From an uncultured Acidobacteriota bacterium (GTDB lineage Bacteria > Acidobacteriota > Polarisedimenticolia > JACPZX01), in the NCBI GenBank assembly GCA_964568735.1, contig CAZMRF010000001.1, forward strand, positions 46,699 to 110,698: a DNA stretch of 64,000 bases, in the 5' to 3' direction. The position numbers and the translations under genes were made by a program. The notes under the pieces are model-generated. The model was not told the origin of the DNA. It saw only the letters and a program-made list of their open reading frames with translations, and did no database searches. Of this stretch, positions 9,994 through 18,822 are shown in pieces. Each line of letters opens with the position of its first letter. Positions within the stretch are counted from its first letter, which is position 1.

Positions 9994-11745
9994 ATGGAGG
10001 ATCTCGATCTCCGGTCGATCTCGGAGGCCCGGCGGCTGCTGCAGGCAGCCTCACGGGCGGCGCCCCTGCTGGCCGGGCTCAGCCAGGAGGCGATCGACGC
10101 CATCGTGGACGCGATCCACCGCGCCGCGGTGCCGCGCGCGGAGGAGTGGGCCCGGCTCGCCGTCGAGGAGACCGGCTTCGGGAACGTGGCCGACAAGACG
10201 GCCAAGAACCTCTTCGCTGCCGTCGACGTCCACAGGCACATACGGCCCATGGCCACCGTGGGCATCCTCTCGCGCGACGAGGAGGCCCGGCTCATCGAGA
10301 TCGCGGCTCCGGCCGGCGTCGTCGCCGCGATCATCCCCTGCACGAACCCCACATCGACCGCCATCAACAAGATCCTGATCGCCCTGAAGGCGGCTTGCCC
10401 CATCGTCGTCTCGCCCCACCCTGCCGCCAGGCGATGTGTCGCGGCCGTCTGCTCCGCACTCTCCGAGGCCGCCGTGGCCGCGGGGGCCCCTGAGGGCTCT
10501 CTCGGCTGCATGACGGAGGTTTCGCTTCCCGGCACGCGCGAGCTGATGCAGCACAGGCTCACCGCGGTCATCCTGGCCACGGGGGGAACGGGGCTCGTGA
10601 GAGCGGCCTACTCATCGGGCAAGCCCGCCTACGGCGTCGGGCCCGGCAACGTGCCGGCCTACGTGGATCGAAGCGCCGACATCCCGAAGGCGGCGCGCGA
10701 CATCGTCAACGGGAAGTGCTTCGATCATGGAGTTCTCTGCTCGGCGGAGAATGCCGTCGTCGTCGACGCCCCGGTCGCAGACGTCCTGCGAGCGGCGATG
10801 CGGGCCGAGGGGGCGCACTTTCTCGACCCCGCCGGGAGCCGCAGGCTCTCGGAGCTGATGGTGCCTCCGTCGGGCGGGCTCAACACGGCCATCGTCGGCC
10901 GCAGCGCCGCCGTCATCGCCCAGATGGCCGGGCTCGAGGTGCCGGAGGGCACCCGCTGCCTCGTCGTGCCTCTCGACTCGGTCGGGCCCGGAGCCGCTCT
11001 CTCAAGGGAGAAGCTCTCTCCAGTCCTCGCCTTCTACGTCGAAGAGGGGTGGGAGAAGGCCTGCATTCGCTGCCTGGAGATTCTCAACTACGGCGGGATG
11101 GGGCATACGATGGCCATCCACGCCCGCGACCGCGATCTGATCCTGCGCTTCGCCCTGACGAAGCCGGTCTTCAGAATCGTGGTGAATACACCGGCGGCCG
11201 TGGGCGCCGTGGGCCTCACGACAGGAGTGGAGCCCTCCATGACGCTCGGTTGCGGGGCTCTCGGCGGGAACATCACCTCCGACAACATCACCCCGCGGCA
11301 CCTGGTCAACGTGAAGAGGCTCGCCTTCGAGACACGGCCCTACGAGCGGCCCGGAAGCCAGCCAGCCATCGCCCGCTCCGTTGTCTCCGCCGCCCTGCCG
11401 CAGCCCCCCGCCCCGGAGGAGCCGAGGAAGGCCCCATCACCCGCAGGCATGGCGCCCCCGGCAGCCCTGACCTCGGCCGCGCTGAAGCGTCGTGTTGAGG
11501 CCCTGCTCGAAGCCCGGGGCGCCCTCGACCCACGTGGGCCGGCGCAGACCTCTCCGCCATCTCAGCCGCACGCACCCGCCAGGAAGCAGCCACGGGCGCC
11601 CAGCTCCCCTGCGTCCTTCGTCTGCGAGGCCGATGTCCGGCAGGCGCTGCTCGATCGCCGGAAGATATCGATCAGCGGGCGCACGATCGTGACCCCTTCC
11701 GCACGCGAGCTCGGAGACACCCACCAGGTATTCGTCGAGATCTGA
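9994..11745 (+). CDS. CoA-acylating aldehyde dehydrogenase (EutE/PduP-like) with an unusual 130-aa C-terminal extension
   Basis: IPCTNPTST and FDHGVLC(S)AEN catalytic motifs. The N-terminus lacks the usual encapsulation peptide. The C-terminus has a Pro/Ala linker, an amphipathic helix (LTSAALKRRVEALLEAR), and a tail (VCEADVRQALLDRRKISISGRTIVTPSARELGD) that resembles the N-terminal motif of EutQ-family BMC proteins. Confidence 0.85.
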   Translation: MEDLDLRSISEARRLLQAASRAAPLLAGLSQEAIDAIVDAIHRAAVPRAEEWARLAVEETGFGNVADKTAKNLFAAVDVHRHIRPMATVGILSRDEEARLIEIAAPAGVVAAIIPCTNPTSTAINKILIALKAACPIVVSPHPAARRCVAAVCSALSEAAVAAGAPEGSLGCMTEVSLPGTRELMQHRLTAVILATGGTGLVRAAYSSGKPAYGVGPGNVPAYVDRSADIPKAARDIVNGKCFDHGVLCSAENAVVVDAPVADVLRAAMRAEGAHFLDPAGSRRLSELMVPPSGGLNTAIVGRSAAVIAQMAGLEVPEGTRCLVVPLDSVGPGAALSREKLSPVLAFYVEEGWEKACIRCLEILNYGGMGHTMAIHARDRDLILRFALTKPVFRIVVNTPAAVGAVGLTTGVEPSMTLGCGALGGNITSDNITPRHLVNVKRLAFETRPYERPGSQPAIARSVVSAALPQPPAPEEPRKAPSPAGMAPPAALTSAALKRRVEALLEARGALDPRGPAQTSPPSQPHAPARKQPRAPSSPASFVCEADVRQALLDRRKISISGRTIVTPSARELGDTHQVFVEI

Positions 11746-11928
11746 GCAGCAGACCACGATTCGTGATCACGACAGATTCCCTGCCACATTGAGCGCGCGG
11801 TGCTCGCCCGCAGCGGACGTCCGGAGGCCGTGTCCCGATGAAGTATGGGGCTCGATCGTCTACGGCCGTAGCCGGGAGCGGAGGGCGAGCACCGCGTGCG
11901 AAGGCCACGCAGAATCGTGATCTTTCGT

Positions 11929-13620
11929 TCAGACGGTGATGGTCCGCGCGGCTGCCATCAAGATCTTGGCCTCCCGGAGGCGCGCCCACCAGCCGGATCT
12001 CCGGATGAGGGCGTCGCAGAGCGAGCGCACCACCGGATCCGACAGGAGCCGCCCCGGCTCGGGGCCGGTGAAGAGGCTCCGCCGCCCGAGGGCTCGCAGG
12101 GCGCCGGCCGCCAGCGGATCCCAGCGTGCGCTCCTCGACAGCTCATTGAGGACTTCCCTCGGGATCGGCGTGCCGAGGAGGCGCCGTGAGAGATCGAGCG
12201 TGGTGCCCAGGCTCCGGCTCGCCGTCCATGAGCGTGCGGACTCCAGGAGGATTCCCCAATCCGGATCCCCGGCGGAATCCACGAGGGCGTCGATGTCGAG
12301 GAGATCCCGAAGCTTGCCGATGAACCGATCCGTGTGCGACAGGTGGATCGCGGCATGGAGGATCTGATCCTCCAGGGAGAGAACGCGGTACTTCCTCCCG
12401 TTCCTTTCGACGACGGCGGCTCTCTCGAGAAGGGGGGCGGGATCCACGTGGAGGCCGGCCGCGGGCCTCGCGAGGCCGCGGTGGATCTCGACCAGCAGCC
12501 GCCCTGCCGAGTCGATCATGGGAACCGCGTGATGGTGGGCATCGTAGAAGTCGCGCCCCCTCGCCGTCCGGATCGCGCGGAACCCCAGCTCTTTCAACAC
12601 CTCGGTGGCGCGCTCGACCTCTTCCTGGCGCACCAGGAGATCGAGATCCTGCATGGGCCGGAGGGCGGGCTGCTCGTAGAGCGTCAATCCGAGGGCCGCG
12701 CCTTTGAGGAGCACCGGCTCGATCCCTGTCCGGCGGAGGGCCTCGACCGTCCGGTCAAGCCCCTCCATCTGGATGGCCATCATGCAGGCGGCTGCGTGGG
12801 CTCCCTTCGCGAGCGCGGCACGCACCGCCGGCGGGACCCGGTCCCTGAGATCGTCCAGGGCAAAGGTGCGGTGCAGGAGGGGTATCAGGCCGAGCGCGGC
12901 GGCGGTGGGGACAAGCCTCTCCCATGCGACATCCTGGAGCAGACTCTCCCGCAGGGCCTCACGCTCCGCGGGAACGAGCCGGACCCTCGCCGCCATGACG
13001 AGCAGCTTCTCTTCCGGCCTGAGGGGGAGTCCTCCCGTCCTGCGCGCTCGATCGGGGCGGCTCTGGTGGTAGAGCAGAGCAGGGAGACTCAGAAGCAGCC
13101 GCGACGCGATCGGCCTTCCCCGCCAGCCTCCGAGGGAGAGGAGCCGCCCCTCCGTCCAGGCGATTGGCCCCGACAAGTAGGCCGCGAGGCGGCCGGCGAC
13201 ACGGCCGGGCAGCGTGTTCGTCAGGACGGCATCTCCATCCGGGCGATGAACCGCGACGACTCTGCCGACGACGTCTTCCACCGGGATCCAGGAGGCTTCG
13301 CGCCAGGAGAGAGGATCCCCCTTGACCTTGAGCCAGCCCCATCGCCGGCCTCTGCGGCCCAGCCCGATCACCCGGTGGGCGACGAGATGCGCTGCGGTCG
13401 TGTAGAGGACCACGTCCCCTTTCGAGAGTCCTTCGCGCCCGAAGCGGACCGTCAGGCTCGAGCCGTGAGGGATGAGCGGTGACATGCTCAGGCCGGAGAC
13501 CGCGATCTCGGCCCACTTCCCCTCGCGTGCCCAGAGGGCGAGGATGCCGAGCGTCAGCTCGCGGGAGAGGTCCCGTCCTGCGCGGACACTGACAACCTTG
13601 CCGGCGGCATCACCGGTCAT
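11929..13620 (-). CDS. Fusion protein: S24/S26 (LexA/signal-peptidase-like) peptidase domain plus an uncharacterised nucleotidyltransferase-family domain
   Basis: N-terminal SGLSMSPLIP...KGDVV matches the S24/S26 Ser-Lys dyad context. The C-terminal region has a nucleotidyltransferase-like DLDLLV motif. GGAG RBS and an 11-nt gap to the upstream gene. Confidence 0.65.
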   Translation of the reverse strand: MTGDAAGKVVSVRAGRDLSRELTLGILALWAREGKWAEIAVSGLSMSPLIPHGSSLTVRFGREGLSKGDVVLYTTAAHLVAHRVIGLGRRGRRWGWLKVKGDPLSWREASWIPVEDVVGRVVAVHRPDGDAVLTNTLPGRVAGRLAAYLSGPIAWTEGRLLSLGGWRGRPIASRLLLSLPALLYHQSRPDRARRTGGLPLRPEEKLLVMAARVRLVPAEREALRESLLQDVAWERLVPTAAALGLIPLLHRTFALDDLRDRVPPAVRAALAKGAHAAACMMAIQMEGLDRTVEALRRTGIEPVLLKGAALGLTLYEQPALRPMQDLDLLVRQEEVERATEVLKELGFRAIRTARGRDFYDAHHHAVPMIDSAGRLLVEIHRGLARPAAGLHVDPAPLLERAAVVERNGRKYRVLSLEDQILHAAIHLSHTDRFIGKLRDLLDIDALVDSAGDPDWGILLESARSWTASRSLGTTLDLSRRLLGTPIPREVLNELSRSARWDPLAAGALRALGRRSLFTGPEPGRLLSDPVVRSLCDALIRRSGWWARLREAKILMAAARTITV

Positions 13621-13631
13621 GGAGGACTCCC

Positions 13632-16600
13632 CTACTGGCCGTAGTGGCCCAGCGGGCCCTGGCCCGTGAGGGGATCGTACGCCACGACGAGGTAGTCGTG
13701 GTCTGGGGCGTCGGCGAAGGCTCCGGCGTGGGTGAAGAGCGGAGATCCGGTCACCCTGACGAGGTGGAAGGGGGCGAAGGTGTCCTTGGGGGTTCCGGCG
13801 TCGTCCGCGACGTAGACCCGGTAGAGCGCGCAGTGGTGCGTGCTCTCGATGTCCCCCCACGTGAGGACGAGGTCAGCACCGGAAGCCGAAGCCTGGACGT
13901 TGCCCAGCTCGGGCAGCGCCGACGTGCAGACGATGTCGTCGCCGCCATGGCCGGCCCTTGGATCGGTCTCACTGCCGTCGCGCCGTCCGTTGAAGTTGCG
14001 GTCCTCGGCGCCGTCCGCGACCCCGCCCCCGTCGGTGTCCGCGTCCGTGGGGTCGGTGGTCGTGTTCGGATCCGCATCGGGCACGAAGAATCCCTGGCCT
14101 ACGTTGGTTCCCGGCTGAGGCACGGTCACTCCCGACTCGGTGCCGTCGAAGATCCCGTCGCCGTCGGAGTCGGGGTCGAGCCCGTTGACGAACCCGTCGC
14201 CGTCCTGGTCGACAGCGAAGGCGGGCTCCAGGCCGTCCCGGAGGCCGTCGTCGTCGCTGTCTCCGTCGAGGGGATCCGTCCCTGCGAGCTCCTCGTCCCG
14301 GTCAATGAGCCCGTCGGCGTCGCTGTCGAGCGCCAGGACCGTGGCCGGGTCGCCGAAGAAGGTCAGCTCCCTGATGTTGTTGAGGTTGGCGGGGTTCAGC
14401 GGCTGGGTGACGGCGGAGATGACCGCCATGGTGGCCGCGCGCCCGAGGACGTACTCGCGGTCGAGGAAGACGTTCCTGAAGAACCAGTCCCCGATGCTGG
14501 AGTAGTCGGAGATGTTCCCGAGGGCGGCGGGGGCCCATGCGGCCATGGCGCCGCTGGAGGGAGCCAGCACCATGGACTCCGCGAGGGAGTAGTCCACGTG
14601 CCCCGGGCCCGCGGCGGCGAGATCGATGAAATAGCCGTTGATGCAGTTCAGCGACGCCACGAAGCTCAGCCGCGAGGTCTGATCGAGGCTGTTCGGATCA
14701 TCGGAGAAGCACGGAGCCACGAAGCCGCTCGCCCAGGGACACTCCGCTGCCCACTGCGTGGTGCTGCCGTGGCCCAGGTAGGCCGTCACCAGGGAGCCGT
14801 CGTCGAAGCCGTCATGGATGAGCGAGCGCATGAGGGTGACACCCACCTGCGCCATGAAGATGTCGTTCGCGGCCATCGTCGGGGGCATGAGGCTGGCGAA
14901 TGAGTTGAGGATGGCCTCGAAGGCGGAATCGTCGTTGTCCGCGACGAACGTCGACTGCGCATTCAGCAGGGAGACGGGCGGAGCCGTCTCGTAGGCGATG
15001 AGCTTCGAGATCATCGCAGCGAGACTCGCACCCGATCGTGCCGGGAGGCGGCCGACGCTCAGCTCGGGCAGGAGGTCGGCGCCCGCGGTCGTCCCGTACT
15101 CGTTGTCGCTGGGGGTCTCGCCGATGGTGGGGAGGACCACCAGCTTCGCCGGTACGAACTGAGGCACGCCCGAGCCGAGGCTGTTCAGGTAGTCCACGTG
15201 GGCATCCCCGGCGAGCAGGACGAACTCAGGCGCCGCGCCGGGGTAGTTGGCCCACGCATTGTCGAGGAAGGCCTCGATCGCCGACGTGTTCAGGACTCCG
15301 AAGTTGAACTCGTCGTAGATGTCCTCGGTCGTCGCGACGAGAGTCCGATAACCCTGCCCCTGCCGGTGCGCCACGAGCGGCGCGAGCGCGGTGAGGAAGG
15401 CGGGATCCGGAGGCGTGATGACGATCCAGTCCGCGCCGTTGGGATCGGCCGCGAGGTTGCTGGGGACGTCCTGCGCGACGCTCACCGGGGGCTTGAGGCC
15501 CGCGACCGTCGCGGCCGCATAAAGGCGATTCGTCGTCAGGCTCTCCTGGAAGGCGATGTCGAAGGGGCCGCTCCCCGTGATTTGTCCCGGCGGGACCGAG
15601 ATCTTCTTGAGGGCGTTGGGATCCGTCACGTCGTAGAGGAGGATCCCAGAGCCGGAGTATCCCGTGAAGGCGAACCTGAACGCGCCCGGCCCCTCCCCGG
15701 CCGCGACGAGGTTGTCGGCCACGACCTTGTAGGTTCTACGGTAGGTGAGCTCGATGAAGTTGAAATAGACCTGATCGATCGGAGAGAAGTCGCCCACCAC
15801 GAACATGCGCACCGTGTTGCCGCCGCTCGACACCGTCGAGCTCGCGAGGTTTACGGAATGGTCGAACGGGATGAAGCCCGTCCAGACCTGATCATCCACC
15901 TGGGGTCCGTTGAGGAAGAGCCGCGTGTGGTGCGTCACGCCGGTCCTCCCCTGCACGTTGGCGCGCAGGTTGATCGTGTGGGGCACCGGCGAGACCTCGG
16001 TGAGCGTGATCGGGTAGGTGAGGTCCTGGCTGTTGGGGTCCCCGGTGTTCTGGCGCTTCCACCACCAGTGATCGATCGCTCCGGGAGGCACGTTCTGGGT
16101 GTAGATCAGGTCATCTTCCCTGTGCACGACCGTTTGGAACGAGGCGGGGGTAGGGGCCGGCGCGCCGAAGGTGCCATCGCGCACCGGGGGCCGGACAGGC
16201 GACCCGTCGAAGTGCAGCCAGTAGACGTTCCTGCGCGTCTGACGACCTGTCGCGGCCTTGCCGTAGAAGACGACCCTGTCGCCGGGATCGAAGACACCAT
16301 CGCTCTCGCCCGTGACGTCGACCGGAATGGGCTGGCCCATCAGCTCCAGCCGGAAGTCCCTCGGGTCGAGCATGCCGACGTTGATCCCCGCGGCCTGGAG
16401 GTCCGCAGCGGCAACTCCGTACAGTCCGTCCGCCTCGACCGTGATCTTGACGGGGGGAATCATCGACCCCGATTCCGTGAAGGCGCGGATCTGGGTCGCC
16501 TCAGCTTCCAATCCCGCGGCTCCGTCCAGCCCCTCCTGGCGGTCCAGGAGGGGGAGGATCTCCGCCGCGTTGAGAATGGCGAGGGACTGGGCCGCCCGGT

Positions 16601-17186
16601 GAATCCGGAGCCTTCCCTCCGGCCGCTCCCTGCGAGGGGGCGTGGCCTTCGCGTCGGGCACGAAGTCGATCCGGACCTCGAGGCGAGGGTGGTGGCGAAG
16701 CTCGTTGCCGGGAGCCGTTCGGACGGGATAGAGCCGGACCTCGGCGATCTGCAAATCCCGCATCCAACCGGTCCAGGCCAGCTCCGCCGACCTGGCGGGA
16801 TAACGCCCGCGGGGAGGAGGCATCGACGCAGCGACTCCGGGCATCTCCTCGTCTTCCAGACCGAAATACCTCACGACGGTCGCTTCGGGCCGGCCGGAGG
16901 GCAAGGCATGGGAGCCGCCTCTTACGCCGCTCAGGACCGGGCGCATGCCTTCGGGGATCCCGATGAGCGCGGAGGCGTAGGGAAGCCGTGGCAGCCAGGG
17001 CTCTTCCAGCTGCTTCAGCCCGGGCAGGCTCACCTGGACCCTCCCTTCCTGCGTCGAGGAGGGGGTCTGGAAGGGCCGCGGTGTCTCCAGGACGAGCGTG
17101 ACGCCGCCCGCGTCGGACGAGGCCAGGCGGACCTCCTGGGCAAGCAGCGCGGTCGAGGTGGCAAGCAGCGTCAGCGCTGCGGCCAT
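13632..17186 (-). CDS. Secreted peptidase C25 (gingipain-family) cysteine protease with thrombospondin-type-3-like Ca-binding repeats
   Basis: Signal peptide MAAALTLLATSTALLAQ. YLGHGSTTQW and SLNCINGYF match the C25 His/Cys catalytic motifs. The C-terminus has D.D.DG..D repeat runs. Confidence 0.8.
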   Translation of the reverse strand: MAAALTLLATSTALLAQEVRLASSDAGGVTLVLETPRPFQTPSSTQEGRVQVSLPGLKQLEEPWLPRLPYASALIGIPEGMRPVLSGVRGGSHALPSGRPEATVVRYFGLEDEEMPGVAASMPPPRGRYPARSAELAWTGWMRDLQIAEVRLYPVRTAPGNELRHHPRLEVRIDFVPDAKATPPRRERPEGRLRIHRAAQSLAILNAAEILPLLDRQEGLDGAAGLEAEATQIRAFTESGSMIPPVKITVEADGLYGVAAADLQAAGINVGMLDPRDFRLELMGQPIPVDVTGESDGVFDPGDRVVFYGKAATGRQTRRNVYWLHFDGSPVRPPVRDGTFGAPAPTPASFQTVVHREDDLIYTQNVPPGAIDHWWWKRQNTGDPNSQDLTYPITLTEVSPVPHTINLRANVQGRTGVTHHTRLFLNGPQVDDQVWTGFIPFDHSVNLASSTVSSGGNTVRMFVVGDFSPIDQVYFNFIELTYRRTYKVVADNLVAAGEGPGAFRFAFTGYSGSGILLYDVTDPNALKKISVPPGQITGSGPFDIAFQESLTTNRLYAAATVAGLKPPVSVAQDVPSNLAADPNGADWIVITPPDPAFLTALAPLVAHRQGQGYRTLVATTEDIYDEFNFGVLNTSAIEAFLDNAWANYPGAAPEFVLLAGDAHVDYLNSLGSGVPQFVPAKLVVLPTIGETPSDNEYGTTAGADLLPELSVGRLPARSGASLAAMISKLIAYETAPPVSLLNAQSTFVADNDDSAFEAILNSFASLMPPTMAANDIFMAQVGVTLMRSLIHDGFDDGSLVTAYLGHGSTTQWAAECPWASGFVAPCFSDDPNSLDQTSRLSFVASLNCINGYFIDLAAAGPGHVDYSLAESMVLAPSSGAMAAWAPAALGNISDYSSIGDWFFRNVFLDREYVLGRAATMAVISAVTQPLNPANLNNIRELTFFGDPATVLALDSDADGLIDRDEELAGTDPLDGDSDDDGLRDGLEPAFAVDQDGDGFVNGLDPDSDGDGIFDGTESGVTVPQPGTNVGQGFFVPDADPNTTTDPTDADTDGGGVADGAEDRNFNGRRDGSETDPRAGHGGDDIVCTSALPELGNVQASASGADLVLTWGDIESTHHCALYRVYVADDAGTPKDTFAPFHLVRVTGSPLFTHAGAFADAPDHDYLVVAYDPLTGQGPLGHYGQ

Positions 17187-17221
17187 GGAGCGGTTGCGCC
17201 GTGCATCTCTCACAGTTTCCC

Positions 17222-18406
17222 CTATTCCCTTACGATCGAGGCGATGGCGATGGCGATGTCCGAAGGGCTGCCCGAGGCGACGCGCCACGCGCTGACCGAC
17301 CCGATCCTCGATGCCAGCTCGAAGACGACGGAAGCCACCCTGCCTCCGTGTGCAGCCATCAGGCGGCCCCCCTCCCCACGGTTGAGCAGGTCACGCACCA
17401 GGAAGACCAGGAGCGAGGAGACGGGAACCTCCTCGATCTCGGGCGGGCCCGGGCGCCGAGGCACTGGCGGCCGGGATTCCTCGATGTAGAGGATCGACTC
17501 CCGATGACGTCCCTGGACGTCGATCAAGTCGGCGGCGGTCCGCCCCGTGCGGGCGAAGCTCACGGCGAGGGTTGGAAACGGGCGAGCGGGCAAGTCCTCT
17601 ATCGTCGAGGCACCTACCCTCAGCAGATCGTCCTTGAGATCTCCGGCAGCACCGGCGGCGAGGGCCATCTCGTAGCGGACATCCCCTTCCGCGCGAGCCG
17701 ACGACCATCCCTCGGGATCCAGGTAGAAGAGGTAGGAAGGAGGGCAGGCGGCGGCCGGCAGCTTCGCGCCGAGTGCCACGGGATCGACGAGCCACCGATG
17801 CGGCAGCTCGAAGGCATCGGGAAGTCCGGCGCGAACCCCTTGCGGCAGCCCGACTCCGCCCGACTTGCGGATTCCCACGGCCCGGGGGTACGGGAGAAGG
17901 AGGCCCGAGCGGCGATCGATCGGAGCGGCATCGTCGCTCAGGAAATCATATCCGCGCCGGATCAGCTCGAGGACGAGGGTCGACTTGCCGGCGAAGGCGG
18001 GCCCGGCGAGAATGATCCCTTGCCCCTTCCGGGAGACAGCGGCGCCGTGGAGAAGCAGGCTCCCCTCGATGCGGTCCATGATCGCGCCCAGGAGGAACAG
18101 GAAGGCCTGGTTCTCGGGTGAGGGTGATCCCCGGAGGTCCGTCACGCGGGAGCCGGCTTCGGCGCGCGCTCCTCCGGATCCAGAGAGCCGGACGTCGAGC
18201 TCGAGAGGATCGCCCGACTCCTCGGGGGGGAACCAGCGCCAGGCGTGATCGAAGAGAGAGAGGATCCGGGGGCTGTCGCTCCGCAGGCGGACGTCCACTC
18301 CCAGGATCCCGAACCTGCTCACGGAGTGAGGCGTCGAGTCCCCTTCGGTCCGGGCATGAAGCGGTCGCTGGATGGCTCCCTCGGATTTCATCGTGCGGGC
18401 GTGCAC
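17222..18406 (-). CDS. HPr kinase/phosphorylase-related P-loop protein (HprK C-terminal-domain-like)
   Basis: HGAAVSRKGQGIILAGPAFAGKSTLVLELIRRGYDFLSDD is an HprK-like Walker-A region. No HprK N-domain is present. Confidence 0.7.
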   Translation of the reverse strand: MHARTMKSEGAIQRPLHARTEGDSTPHSVSRFGILGVDVRLRSDSPRILSLFDHAWRWFPPEESGDPLELDVRLSGSGGARAEAGSRVTDLRGSPSPENQAFLFLLGAIMDRIEGSLLLHGAAVSRKGQGIILAGPAFAGKSTLVLELIRRGYDFLSDDAAPIDRRSGLLLPYPRAVGIRKSGGVGLPQGVRAGLPDAFELPHRWLVDPVALGAKLPAAACPPSYLFYLDPEGWSSARAEGDVRYEMALAAGAAGDLKDDLLRVGASTIEDLPARPFPTLAVSFARTGRTAADLIDVQGRHRESILYIEESRPPVPRRPGPPEIEEVPVSSLLVFLVRDLLNRGEGGRLMAAHGGRVASVVFELASRIGSVSAWRVASGSPSDIAIAIASIVRE

Positions 18407-18508
18407 CGTCTCTCCCGAAGGAGCAGGAGGCTGGAAGCGACTAAAGGGCCGACGAGGCGTCCGATCCCGCCGGTGCCGAAGGTCCCGATCCCCCAGCTCC
18501 GGCCCGGC

Positions 18509-18814
18509 CTACCCTTCCAGTAATCCTCGCTCGGAGAAGTTCGCGAGAATGTGGAGCACATCGGCTCCCAGTTCAAGCTGCCGGCCGCCGCTGAAGGCCT
18601 GGTTCAGCGCTTCGGCGATCCCCGACGGGTCTCGCGTTCCGTCGCAGAGCTTCCAGGTGAAGAGGGCCGTCCGGTTCAGGATGTGGACCATCCCCGCCTC
18701 CCGATCGTAGAGGAGTCCCTCCTCTCCAACCTCCTGGAGCGCAAGGTCGCGTCGCGCCCTCGGCCGGGCCTGGGAGACACCCTCCCCAGGCCCGGTGGCG
18801 CCCTGCGGGGACAT
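18509..18814 (-). CDS. PqqD-family protein (RiPP recognition element-like)
   Basis: LYDREAGMVHILNRTALFTWKLCDGTRDPSGIAEAL matches the PqqD fold consensus. About 100 aa. Confidence 0.75.
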   Translation of the reverse strand: MSPQGATGPGEGVSQARPRARRDLALQEVGEEGLLYDREAGMVHILNRTALFTWKLCDGTRDPSGIAEALNQAFSGGRQLELGADVLHILANFSERGLLEG

Positions 18815-18822
18815 CCGGTCCG

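Noticed and set aside
9581-11745. Calling this a complete microcompartment (metabolosome) locus
   Set aside because: Only one BMC-H and one aldehyde dehydrogenase are present. There is no BMC-P, BMC-T, phosphotransacylase or signature substrate enzyme in the window, so it can only be called a satellite or minimal module.
15198-17489. 763-aa plus-strand ORF and a 419-aa ORF (13644..14903) antisense to the C25 peptidase gene
   Set aside because: The translations have no domain signal and are Arg/Gly/Asp-rich. The opposite strand encodes a protein with clear C25 catalytic motifs.
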